In this document: one piece after another, positions 32,360-42,031 of the stretch
Layout of the letters: each line of letters begins with the position of its first letter
Numbering within the stretch: the stretch's first letter is position 1
Source: Candidatus Cloacimonadota bacterium
Lineage (GTDB): Bacteria; Cloacimonadota; Cloacimonadia; G963667145
Length of the DNA: 64,000 bases
Reading direction: 5' to 3'
Assembly (NCBI GenBank): GCA_963667255.1
Contig: OY762940.1
Span: 288,001-352,000 of the forward strand
Made by a program: the position numbers and the translations under genes
The notes under the pieces: generated by a model
Database searches by the model: none
What the model was told of the DNA's origin: nothing
What the model saw: only the letters and a program-made list of their open reading frames with translations

Positions 32360-33553
32360 CTAATATCTGTTCCCATACACAAACAGCTCTGAAACTGGAA
32401 CAAGCTCGTATCCCAACTTCTTCGCCTCATTCACAAACAAAATCAGATTGTCCAACCGCTCTTGGTCGAAACAGTGGGAAATCACGACAACTTCCTTACG
32501 ACTACCCTTCCACTTCTTCAGGATTTTGAGGTTATTCATTACACCTGCTCTACCTGGATCAGGATCATCCAAAAACAAATCCCGTTTCGCTGTCGGCATC
32601 AGCTTTTCTCTCGCCATATCGTAAGCCTTGGACTCCGAAATAGTGCGACTATCCACAAAGAACATATCCATCTCTTTCAACTCATCCAAGACTATATTCA
32701 TCACCCGCTCATCCTGAGTCGCTCTCGAACCCATATGGTTATTGGCACCGATGGCTTTCGGAAGAGTCGTAAAATAGCTTTTCATTCGTTTTTTAATCTC
32801 GGCATCGCCCAAATCAACCATAATCGCATTTTCTCCAGGGGAGTTCTTCGGATAGCTCAGAGGCTCCATCGGTATGTGAATAAGCACCTCGTGTCCACTG
32901 GCAACCGCAGCATCCATCACCTCTTTGGAATACTGCAAATCCGGCAAAACAGCAAAAGCTATCTCCTTGTAAGATTTGCAAAAATTGAACAGAAGCTCGC
33001 CTCTGTATTCCCCGAAATCGTCTATGATAACAGCAAATTTCGGAGATTGGCTCTCTATCTCAGATTGCTTGAGATAACCGATAGAAATCGAATAAATTCC
33101 TCCGTCTTTCGCTCTGGCAATTATTTGATGTTCCCTATCCTCCAAAAGCACCGAAGACTCCAAAACAGAACTACCCTCGTCCTTCAGCAATTTATCGAGA
33201 GCAAGTGTCATAAAAGTAATTTCCAACTTGGATTTATCCAATCTAATCCGCAAAATTACCGAACCGTCCACATCGGAATCAAAAGAAAAATTTTTCCCCA
33301 TTTTGAGATTCATCTTGATTAGAATCTCAGCCAATTTCCCTTTCAGCCCTTCGAAACCGGATGTCGCAATTTCTGTCTCTTCAACTTTTTGAGTTTCTCC
33401 CTTATCTCCCAACCCTATATATTTGCTGAGGTCAAATCTCTCCTCGCTACCTCGCCACAAATAGTAACCACCCATAACTATCACAAAGACAACGAGAAGA
33501 TGAATCCCAACCACAAAAAGATTGCTCTTCTTCTTCCGCAGTTTCTTACTCAT
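32360..33553 (-). CDS. Divergent polysaccharide deacetylase family protein (YibQ-like) with N-terminal anchor
   Basis: IIDDFG, HIPMEP, NNHMGS, FVDSRT, RDLFLD. Confidence 0.88.
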   Translation of the reverse strand: MSKKLRKKKSNLFVVGIHLLVVFVIVMGGYYLWRGSEERFDLSKYIGLGDKGETQKVEETEIATSGFEGLKGKLAEILIKMNLKMGKNFSFDSDVDGSVILRIRLDKSKLEITFMTLALDKLLKDEGSSVLESSVLLEDREHQIIARAKDGGIYSISIGYLKQSEIESQSPKFAVIIDDFGEYRGELLFNFCKSYKEIAFAVLPDLQYSKEVMDAAVASGHEVLIHIPMEPLSYPKNSPGENAIMVDLGDAEIKKRMKSYFTTLPKAIGANNHMGSRATQDERVMNIVLDELKEMDMFFVDSRTISESKAYDMAREKLMPTAKRDLFLDDPDPGRAGVMNNLKILKKWKGSRKEVVVISHCFDQERLDNLILFVNEAKKLGYELVPVSELFVYGNRY

Positions 33554-33839
33554 CACTCTCTCCTTCCTCGATAAATTTGACGACCGTCTCCCCTTCCTTC
33601 TGCAAGCCATACTCCTCTCTGGCGATTTTTTCCAGTTGCAAATCACCCTTTTTCATCTCATCATATTGCACTTTCAGTTTCGCATTTCCCACATTCAATT
33701 TCTCTTCAATTCTCCGTAACTCATGCAATTTTTTGGAAGAGGAATAGCGACTATAAAAACTTCCTGAACCCCAAAACAAAATCTTAACAAGCAAAAACAA
33801 AGTAAACACAGCCAGCCCAACAAAAATAACTCTTTTCAT
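33546..33839 (-). CDS. Septum formation initiator (FtsB/DivIC family)
   Basis: TM helix, coiled coil, EKIAREEYGLQKEGE. Confidence 0.8.
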   Translation of the reverse strand: MKRVIFVGLAVFTLFLLVKILFWGSGSFYSRYSSSKKLHELRRIEEKLNVGNAKLKVQYDEMKKGDLQLEKIAREEYGLQKEGETVVKFIEEGESDE

Positions 33840-34399
33840 TTCCTCACTTTCTCATAAAAATCAACAATCTCTTCCCGCACTTCCATCGGAAGAAACGAAG
33901 AGAACCTTCTCGGATTTTCTCGGATTTGGGATGAACTTACATTGACCAAATCCATACCGACAAACTCCAATCTATCCAAATGGTTAAGCCCGTGCCAACA
34001 ATCTTTGTTCTTTCTGGAAACCACCACAAACTGAATGTTCTCCAGTAGCCACTCGATGTCGTGCCACTCTCCCAATCCACCAACATTATCTTCGCCAATG
34101 ATGAAGTAATATTTATGCCCGAGAGAAAATATTTTCTTTATCAACTCCGCTGTATAACTCACTTCCCCCGCACTCTTGTCAAAATCCATAACCTTGAATT
34201 TATCGTAACTCGCCACAGCTCCAACCAGCCACTTCTTCCGTGTCTCAAAATCTGCAAACTCATCTTTGAACCGATGATTTCCCGAGGGCAAAAACCAAAT
34301 CTCGTTAAGCCCAAGAGCTTTTTGCACAGTGTCCGCCGCCGACAAATGCCCGATATGCACAGGGTCGAAAGCACCGCCCAAAAGCCCTATTCGCTTCAT
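33836..34399 (-). CDS. nadD: Nicotinate-nucleotide adenylyltransferase
   Basis: GGAFDPVHIGH, SYT, IIGED, WH, VSSSQIR. Confidence 0.93.
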   Translation of the reverse strand: MKRIGLLGGAFDPVHIGHLSAADTVQKALGLNEIWFLPSGNHRFKDEFADFETRKKWLVGAVASYDKFKVMDFDKSAGEVSYTAELIKKIFSLGHKYYFIIGEDNVGGLGEWHDIEWLLENIQFVVVSRKNKDCWHGLNHLDRLEFVGMDLVNVSSSQIRENPRRFSSFLPMEVREEIVDFYEKVRK

Positions 34400-35124
34400 A
34401 AACTCTTTAGTCTTCGCTCTATGTCCAAAGCCTCGGAACTCTTGGGAAAATAGTAACTCAAATCTTCGGAATAAGATTTGGCATCCACCTTATTTTTCCG
34501 CACAATATACATCCGGCACAAGTAATACAAACTCATCTTGACGGCATCCACGCTCTCTCCGCTCAGCTCGTCCAAAACCTCTTTGAAATAAAGCTCCGCA
34601 GAAGAATAGTCGTGAATCTTAAAATAGATGTATCCGTTGTAATATTTTTTCAGACTGAGTTGGAAATTCGCCTCTTCCAAAAGCTTTTTGACCTCATCGA
34701 CCCTCTCATCATAAGGAAACGATGTCAAAAACTGCTCCAAAATTTTTATCTCTTCGCAGCGTTCTTTTTGGTCATAATGCGGACTCAACGCTATATTCTT
34801 GTAGCAAATAGCCAAATTGAAATAAACCTCGTTTAGCTTGTCAAATCGCGGATAATCGGCGATAATCTGCTTATATTCCAGAGAAGCCAAATCGTATTCC
34901 TCCCTCTGCATATAGCAGTCCGCCAACTTGAAACTGACCTCTTCCGTGTTGCTACCTATCTTTTGGAAAACTACCGCATCGTAATAAGGAATCGCCTTGC
35001 CGAATTTGCCCATCTCATAATATTTATCCCCCTCGGCGATTTTCTCCTCCAAACTCATCTTGTCAATTTTCGCTCCGGCACAACCGAAGAAAAGCACAAC
35101 CAAAAATAAAGAAAGATACCTCAT
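34396..35124 (-). CDS. bamD: Outer membrane protein assembly lipoprotein BamD
   Basis: Lipobox FFGC, TPR helices, YDQ motif. Confidence 0.82.
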   Translation of the reverse strand: MRYLSLFLVVLFFGCAGAKIDKMSLEEKIAEGDKYYEMGKFGKAIPYYDAVVFQKIGSNTEEVSFKLADCYMQREEYDLASLEYKQIIADYPRFDKLNEVYFNLAICYKNIALSPHYDQKERCEEIKILEQFLTSFPYDERVDEVKKLLEEANFQLSLKKYYNGYIYFKIHDYSSAELYFKEVLDELSGESVDAVKMSLYYLCRMYIVRKNKVDAKSYSEDLSYYFPKSSEALDIERRLKSL

Positions 35125-36618
35125 CTACATCATCCCCCGCTTGGGCACATAGTCAAAAAATTCGTGTCGATTGTCCTCAATCCTCAAGCCTCTGACTTGC
35201 TCGGAAAACCACATATTGAAGTCGTTATAACTTTTGGATTGCTTAATCGACTTGCGTAAAGACTCCTCTCTCTTGCCAAACTCTTTCCAGTCAAGCTCCG
35301 GTCTGGCGGACACATAGCCGATGACAGCACCTCTGCCTGCCAATGTATCGACTATCAACCCCGTATATTCGCCCTTATTCAAATCGAACAAAGCGTCCGA
35401 CAAAGTCGGGAAAGAACCCAACTCGGGAAGAGCATCGCCAACTTTTATCCGCTTGGCAGTAACAACCTCAGCACCCTTCTCTTTCTTGGCTCTGGTCAGA
35501 TAGTTCGTCTTGCCCTCATAAAATTTTTGAGCATTGTTTATACCAGTCCGAATTTGATTTTGGAAATCCAAAGCCTTTCTCAAATTGTCCTTGATTTGCT
35601 CGAAAGAGAAGATAGGCGAAATGTCAATCCCGCTCAAACAAAAGACAACCAAAGACTTTTCCGTCTCCAAAATCTGTGAACAATCGCCGACAGCAGCAGT
35701 CGTGAACATTTGAGCAGTCAAAGAATCGTTAGCACCCACTACGGGGAAAACAGGCGATGCCTTCAGCACAAACTCACTCTTCTCGGACTTCAGCCCCAGC
35801 TCTTTTACAGCCAATTTGAAACCCTTCTCTTTGCTCAGAGCCAGCAAATTTTCCAACTTCTTCTTGGCACTCTTTTTCGTCTTGGGACCATTGAACTTCA
35901 AACTAACATAATCAAAACTTCTGCTCTCGCCTTTTTGGAAACCTTGCTTGTTAGCCTCGTAAAATTGCTCCAACTCCTCATCAGTAACCCTTTTAACATT
36001 CGTCACTTTTTGCGGATTGAACCAAATAATTTTGGCATCTATCATCTGATTATCGTCGATATATTTTTGGCGGACATCGTCATCGGAAACAAAAATCTCG
36101 CCGACAACCTCTTTCTGCAAATTCTCTATCATCAATCTTTGCTTGTAGATAGACTCCAGAGCCGTGAGATTAAGCTGTCCCAAACGCAAAGCCTGAAGGT
36201 ATTTCTCCTTGTCAAACTTGCCATCGGTAAGAAACTCCTTCATCTTCATCACTTCCGGCAAAGGCTCGTCCTTGATAGCTTGAGCAAGTTGCTTGGCACT
36301 CACCTCAACATCATAGTCATCAATAGCTTTGTCGATAATGTAGTCCTGTATCATCTGAAACCAAACTCGCTCGTTTATCTCCGCCACTTGCTTATTGGTC
36401 AGTTGGACATCATCTCCCAAAGAAGATTTGTAGTTATAAAGTGCCGCTTCCAAATTTTTGGCAAACTCTTGAACGGTTATTTTTTTATTTCCAATGCGAC
36501 CCAAGTTATTCTTACTCTTGGACATCACTCCGCTAAGTCCCATCAAAGCCATTCCACCCACAAACAAAACAGCAGTGATAATAATTACCACCTTGGAATG
36601 TTTTCTCAAAATATGCAT
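35125..36618 (-). CDS. PpiD/SurA N-terminal-domain periplasmic chaperone
   Basis: N-terminal anchor, F.TDGKFD.EKY motif, degenerate parvulin-like region; RBS AAGGAG before ATG 36618. Confidence 0.75.
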   Translation of the reverse strand: MHILRKHSKVVIIITAVLFVGGMALMGLSGVMSKSKNNLGRIGNKKITVQEFAKNLEAALYNYKSSLGDDVQLTNKQVAEINERVWFQMIQDYIIDKAIDDYDVEVSAKQLAQAIKDEPLPEVMKMKEFLTDGKFDKEKYLQALRLGQLNLTALESIYKQRLMIENLQKEVVGEIFVSDDDVRQKYIDDNQMIDAKIIWFNPQKVTNVKRVTDEELEQFYEANKQGFQKGESRSFDYVSLKFNGPKTKKSAKKKLENLLALSKEKGFKLAVKELGLKSEKSEFVLKASPVFPVVGANDSLTAQMFTTAAVGDCSQILETEKSLVVFCLSGIDISPIFSFEQIKDNLRKALDFQNQIRTGINNAQKFYEGKTNYLTRAKKEKGAEVVTAKRIKVGDALPELGSFPTLSDALFDLNKGEYTGLIVDTLAGRGAVIGYVSARPELDWKEFGKREESLRKSIKQSKSYNDFNMWFSEQVRGLRIEDNRHEFFDYVPKRGMM

Positions 36619-36817
36619 AATAAAATTCGCTCCTTTCAAATCACACTATTTTTGACTAACTCTCAGCATTCTCAAATCTTGACAAGACAAAAAAACAAAT
36701 TTCCCAAGTTTAACAAAAGAACCATCCAAAATGGTTGTATTTTTTGTCCGATAAATGTCTTGACAAAGATTTCCAACTCGAAATCCTCTACGAAATTTTA
36801 TGAATAAGGTGGATTTT

Positions 36818-37633
36818 ATGACAAACAGTCTAAAATTGGGTTCAAAAGCAAGTAAAAAAGACAGCACAATTATCGAAGTGAACGGTGTAAAAATCGGCAA
36901 AGATTTCGTTTTGATGGCTGGTCCCTGTGCTGTGGAATCCTTGGAACAAACTGTGCAAACTGCCAAAATGGTAAAATCTGCCGGAGCCAATTTCCTCAGA
37001 GGCGGTGCTTTCAAGCCGAGAACTTCTCCTTACGACTTCCAAGGCTTAGGCTTGGAAGGTCTGAAAATATTGGAAGAAGCAAAAAAAGAAACCGGTTTGC
37101 CGATTGTCTCCGAGGTTATCGACCCGAGAGATGTAAACTGGATATGCCAATATGTGGACATCCTGCAAGTCGGTGCTCGCAATATGCAAAACTTCTCTCT
37201 GCTCAAAGAGATAGGAAAATCGAAAAAGCCAGTAATCCTCAAACGAGGTATGTATTCCACCCTCAAAGAGTGGCTCAATTGTGCGGAATATATCCTCTCC
37301 GAAGGCAACCCCAATGTTATCCTCTGCGAGCGAGGCATCAGGACTTTTGAGACTTACACTCGCAATACCTTGGACTTGAGCATCGTTCCTGCGGCAAAAG
37401 AGACCTCGCATCTGCCTATCATCGTTGACCCATCGCACGCTACTGGCAAATTGTCCCTAATCGAGCCGATGTCACTTGCTGCACTGGCTGCCGGAGCAGA
37501 CGGACTCATCGTGGAGGCACACATCAACCCATCCTGTGCACTGTGTGACGGTCCACAACAATTGGACGGCGAGATGTTCCCCGCTTTTGCCAAGAAAATG
37601 AAGAAAATGCACTCACTTTTAAAAGAATTATAA
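36818..37633 (+). CDS. aroF: DAHP synthase (type I-beta, no N-terminal regulatory domain)
   Basis: AGPCAVES, GGAFKPRTSPYDFQG, GARNMQN, CERGIRTFE, DPSH. Confidence 0.93.
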   Translation: MTNSLKLGSKASKKDSTIIEVNGVKIGKDFVLMAGPCAVESLEQTVQTAKMVKSAGANFLRGGAFKPRTSPYDFQGLGLEGLKILEEAKKETGLPIVSEVIDPRDVNWICQYVDILQVGARNMQNFSLLKEIGKSKKPVILKRGMYSTLKEWLNCAEYILSEGNPNVILCERGIRTFETYTRNTLDLSIVPAAKETSHLPIIVDPSHATGKLSLIEPMSLAALAAGADGLIVEAHINPSCALCDGPQQLDGEMFPAFAKKMKKMHSLLKEL

Positions 37634-37645
37634 TCGGAAGAACTA

Positions 37646-38716
37646 ATGAAAAAAGAACAAAATTTGGAAATTTTACGCCAAAAAATCGACTCGGTTGACA
37701 AGCAAATCTTGAGCCTGATAAATCAGAGAATGGAATTTGCCATCAGAACCACCAAATACAAAAAAGAGATTAAAGATGCCGAGAGAGAAAAATTTATCTT
37801 AGACAACATTAACAAATCCGATTACCCGTTGCTTGGCAAGGAGTTGCCACAAAAAATATACAATGCTATCCTTGAGCATAGTTGCGGATTGCAAGACAAG
37901 AAAGTCCCGACTATCGGCTTCCAAGGTGTGCACGGAGCGTATAGCCAAATGGCTGCAAAACAATGGGATGAGGATATGATAACTTTGCCCTGCAAGAGTT
38001 TTGAAGAGATATTTGAAGGCGTGCAAAACGACATCTTCGACTACGGTATCGTCCCCATAGAAAACAACTTGGGTGGAGTAATCGGCGGAGTGAATGCACT
38101 CCTGCTCAGTCACGAAGATATCAGCATTATTGGCGGGATGAACTTCCCCGTAAACCACTGCCTGCTCTGCAACCAAAATGCCAACTATCGCGATTTGAAA
38201 AATGTCTATTCGCATTATCAGGCTTTGGCTCAATGTAGCGATTTCATAGAAGATTTGGAGTTGATTACCCATATTTACTACGATACCGCCGGTGCAGCGA
38301 AAATGATTAGCGAAAAAGACCCCGACTCTTCTGCCGCCATCGCCAGTGAATTGGCTGCTGAGTTTTACGGACTGAAGATTCTCAAAAAGAACATCGCCAA
38401 CACGCCTCACAATCGCACTCGCTTCTTCATCATCTCCAAGAATGAAAAGCCCAAAACGACAAACCGCTGTTCCATAGTCTTTTCTTGCCCACACACCGTC
38501 GGCTCTTTGGGAGAGATTATCAAAATATTCTCCGACAACAAAATCAACCTCACTCGTTTGGAATCTTTTTATCCTGGCGATGGTAGCCTCAAGTTTTTTA
38601 CAGATTTCCAACTTCCAGAAAACCCCGAAGCGTTCGACAAACTTCTCGACATTTTGGGAGAAGCAACCATAGAATTAAAAATCCTGGGCAAATATCAGGA
38701 AAAAGAAGAAAAATGA
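37646..38716 (+). CDS. pheA: Chorismate mutase / prephenate dehydratase
   Basis: LRQKIDSVD (AroQ), GAYS, PIEN, SHYQALAQC, NRTRF, ACT INLTRLES. Confidence 0.92.
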   Translation: MKKEQNLEILRQKIDSVDKQILSLINQRMEFAIRTTKYKKEIKDAEREKFILDNINKSDYPLLGKELPQKIYNAILEHSCGLQDKKVPTIGFQGVHGAYSQMAAKQWDEDMITLPCKSFEEIFEGVQNDIFDYGIVPIENNLGGVIGGVNALLLSHEDISIIGGMNFPVNHCLLCNQNANYRDLKNVYSHYQALAQCSDFIEDLELITHIYYDTAGAAKMISEKDPDSSAAIASELAAEFYGLKILKKNIANTPHNRTRFFIISKNEKPKTTNRCSIVFSCPHTVGSLGEIIKIFSDNKINLTRLESFYPGDGSLKFFTDFQLPENPEAFDKLLDILGEATIELKILGKYQEKEEK

Positions 38717-39489
38717 AAATAGTAATCCTCGGTGCCGGACACATGGGTTCTTGGATAGCCAAAGAGTTGTCCAAAGAGCACCAAACCTACATTTATGACA
38801 AAGACAGTGACCGCTTGGCACAGATAAAAAGTTCTAAAATTTTGAACAGCTTGGAAGAGATAAGAGAGATTGACCCCGAACTATTGATAAATGCGGTCAG
38901 CTTGCCCAAGACAAAAGAGGTTTTTAACGCTGTAATCCCTTTGCTCTCAAAGAGATGTATGCTCTGCGACTTAGCCTCGGTAAAAGGAGATTTGGGAGCT
39001 TTCTACCAAGAAACAGGCTTCCCGTTCGTCTCTATCCATCCGATGTTCGGACCGACCTTTGCCAATGTTGAAAACTTAGCTAACGAAAATGTAATCATCA
39101 TCAAAGAATCTTGCGAAAAAGGCAAAAAGTTCTTCATCGAGTTCTCCAATAAACTGGGACTGAAGATTTTCAACTACACCTTCCAGCAACACGACGAAGA
39201 GGTCGCTTACTCCTTGGGTATCCCCTTCTCCGCTTCGTTGGTCTTTGCCTCGTGCATCAGCAATATCGATGCTCCGGGCACTACTCATCGCAAGCATATG
39301 CAAACAGCCAGAGGTGTCCTGAGCGAAGACGATTTTCTTCTGTCGGAGATACTCTTCAACCCGAAAGTAATCCCTCAAATAGAAAACATCAACTCCAAAC
39401 TTTCGTATCTGACACACATCATAAAAAGCCGTAACACTGCGATTATGAAAGAGTTTTTGGACGAACTGCGAAAAAATATCGGTTTATGA
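38713..39489 (+). CDS. tyrA: Prephenate dehydrogenase
   Basis: GAGHMG, DLASVK, HPMFGP, HD. Confidence 0.9.
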   Translation: MKIVILGAGHMGSWIAKELSKEHQTYIYDKDSDRLAQIKSSKILNSLEEIREIDPELLINAVSLPKTKEVFNAVIPLLSKRCMLCDLASVKGDLGAFYQETGFPFVSIHPMFGPTFANVENLANENVIIIKESCEKGKKFFIEFSNKLGLKIFNYTFQQHDEEVAYSLGIPFSASLVFASCISNIDAPGTTHRKHMQTARGVLSEDDFLLSEILFNPKVIPQIENINSKLSYLTHIIKSRNTAIMKEFLDELRKNIGL

Positions 39490-40553
39490 ACAAACTCTCT
39501 CTAGAAATACCCTCTTTTACCAAGATTTCTACGATAAATTTTCTGGAAGACCTGCCCAAAATCGATTTCCAAGATAGACCGTCCGCCGTGATTACAGACA
39601 AAAATCTTCACGACCTCTACGGCAATTGGCTGAAACGAAGCTTCCCGAACGCTCTTCTCCACATCATCTCACCCGGGGAACTTAGCAAGAGTCGCCAAGA
39701 AAAAAGCAAAATCGAAGATTTCCTCTTGTCTCACAACTTCCCAAGAAGCGGACAAATAATCGCTTTCGGTGGAGGCGTAGTCGGAGATTTGGCAGGATAT
39801 GTCGCCGCCACCTACAAAAGAGGTGTCGATTTTATCCAAATCCCAACCTCACTCTTGGCAATGGTTGACTCCAGCGTAGGCGGAAAGACAGCCATAAACA
39901 CACCCGCTGGGAAAAATCTCATAGGTGCGTTTTGGCAACCGAAAACCGTGGAAATCTCGCCAAATTTCTTGCAAACTTTAGACCAAGAGCAATTCCTCGG
40001 AGGACTGGCGGAAGTCATCAAAATTGCTATCACTTTCGATGCGGATTTGCTGAACTTCATCAAGCTGAACAAAGACGAAATCCTGAACAAAGAGAAAAAA
40101 ACTATCTTGTATCTCATCCAACAATCCGTCAGCAAGAAGGCTGAGGTGGTGCAAAAAGACGAAACGGAAAAAGGACTGCGAGCATTACTCAACTTCGGAC
40201 ACACCGTCGCTCACGGCATAGAGATTATCTCCGCACACAAAATAATCCACGGAAACGCCGTAGCCCTCGGGATCGCCATCGAATCGATTTTGTCATACCA
40301 AGCAAATAAATTGCCCGAAACCGATTTGCACGAAATTCTGACAATCTTAAAAGAGTTCGGCTATTTAATTCCAATAAACTACGACACCGATGAGCTCATC
40401 GCCATTATGCACAACGACAAGAAAAACAAAGCTAACGATATCCTTTTCGTGGACATTGCGACTATCGGCAAAGCGAACGAGGAGCTAATCTCATTCACTC
40501 CCGAGCAAATATCAGAAGCAATCTCATACTACCAAAAGCATGTTGCAAATTAA
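39486..40553 (+). CDS. aroB: 3-dehydroquinate synthase
   Basis: GGGVVGD, PTSLLAMVDSSVGGK, LNFGHT, HGNAVA. Confidence 0.95.
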   Translation: MNKLSLEIPSFTKISTINFLEDLPKIDFQDRPSAVITDKNLHDLYGNWLKRSFPNALLHIISPGELSKSRQEKSKIEDFLLSHNFPRSGQIIAFGGGVVGDLAGYVAATYKRGVDFIQIPTSLLAMVDSSVGGKTAINTPAGKNLIGAFWQPKTVEISPNFLQTLDQEQFLGGLAEVIKIAITFDADLLNFIKLNKDEILNKEKKTILYLIQQSVSKKAEVVQKDETEKGLRALLNFGHTVAHGIEIISAHKIIHGNAVALGIAIESILSYQANKLPETDLHEILTILKEFGYLIPINYDTDELIAIMHNDKKNKANDILFVDIATIGKANEELISFTPEQISEAISYYQKHVAN

Positions 40554-41799
40554 ACGAAAATCCAAAGCCGAATTACGCAAAATTTTAGACAATCCCGCTA
40601 TCCCCGGTAGCAAATATGAAGCTGTGCGATTGCTCTTTCTTGCTGCTCTGTCCAGCGGCGAAAGCGTTTTAACCGGACTTCCCGATGCACAAGATATATT
40701 GGACGCTATCCAAGTTCTGCAAGATTTGGGAATAGAGATTGAGCACAACGGCTCAACCGCCACAATTCAAGGCTCTAATGGGAAATTTACCCCCAAAAGC
40801 GACAAAATCTATCTCGGCAAATCGGGGACTTTGGCTCGCTTCGTGATACCGTTCGTTGCTCTGCAAAATCAGCCGATTTTCGTAGATGCCGACTCACAAC
40901 TCTGCCTCAGACCAATGCAAGAGATATTCACTGCACTCGCTGAACAAGGCGTGAAAATCACATCAAGAGACGGACACTTGCCGGCAACTATCCAAGGTGG
41001 CACACTTGGCGGAAAGAGAATCGAAATCGATGTCTCCCGAAGTAGCCAATTCTTGAGCGGACTCCTCTTGATAGCCCCAATAGTCGGACTGGAAATAACG
41101 CCGATAGGCAAAATGGTCTCCAAAAGTTTCATCGAGCTAACCCTCGATTTGATGAGAAAATTCGGTGCAACTCCACTCAACACAGAGGGAAGCTACTCAT
41201 TTGCTCCGAGCGGATACAAGCCTCAACGCTACCAACTATCTGCCGACTGGTCATCCGTCAGCTACTTTTTGGGACTGGCTGCCATCACAAACACTCCCGC
41301 AAAAATCGGCAATCTTGACTTCGACAGCAAGCAAGGCGAAGCCGAATTTTACACTCTGCTCTGCCAAATGGGTTGCGAGATTGTCAAAAAAGAAAACAGC
41401 TTGATTTTCAAAAGATGCGATTTGTTGCAAGGCATCGAAGTTGATATGAACTTGCTCCCCGATGTAGTGCCAACTCTAGCGATTATCGCTACTTTTGCCG
41501 AAACCAAAACAACCATTTACAACATCGAACATCTGCGATACAAGGAGTGCGACCGTCTGAATTTGGTTGTCGAAGAGATAAACAAACTCGGTGGATACGC
41601 TCAGGCTTTCGCCGACAAGATGGTCATCTATCCGCAAAAACCGAAAGGTGGCGAAGTAAACACCTATGACGACCACCGCATGGCGATGAGTTTCGCACTT
41701 TTGGGACTCGCCGGCATCCCCTGCTCTATGCAAAATCCCGACTGCGTAAACAAATCTTTCCCCTCATTTTGGGAAATGATGAGAGTCGGAAAATCGTGA
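40540..41799 (+). CDS. aroA: EPSP synthase
   Basis: PGSK, SGT.ARF, RPM, SSQFLS, RYKECDRL, DDHRMAM. Confidence 0.92.
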   Translation: MLQIKRKSKAELRKILDNPAIPGSKYEAVRLLFLAALSSGESVLTGLPDAQDILDAIQVLQDLGIEIEHNGSTATIQGSNGKFTPKSDKIYLGKSGTLARFVIPFVALQNQPIFVDADSQLCLRPMQEIFTALAEQGVKITSRDGHLPATIQGGTLGGKRIEIDVSRSSQFLSGLLLIAPIVGLEITPIGKMVSKSFIELTLDLMRKFGATPLNTEGSYSFAPSGYKPQRYQLSADWSSVSYFLGLAAITNTPAKIGNLDFDSKQGEAEFYTLLCQMGCEIVKKENSLIFKRCDLLQGIEVDMNLLPDVVPTLAIIATFAETKTTIYNIEHLRYKECDRLNLVVEEINKLGGYAQAFADKMVIYPQKPKGGEVNTYDDHRMAMSFALLGLAGIPCSMQNPDCVNKSFPSFWEMMRVGKS

Positions 41800-42031
41800 T
41801 TGAAATCACAAAATAGCAAAGTCAACTTGACAAGATTTTTGGGCGTTCTAAAAAGGACGCCTTTAATTTAAAATAACATACTCAACTTGTTACATTCAAG
41901 ATTGTTACAGCGAAACAATTTTGCCAAAAATCTGCATAAACTTTTGGATTATGCAACCTCAAAATCAATTAAATTGAACTTGCAAATTGTATAAAATTTG
42001 TCAGAATCAAAAACAATAAGGAGAGAAATAT

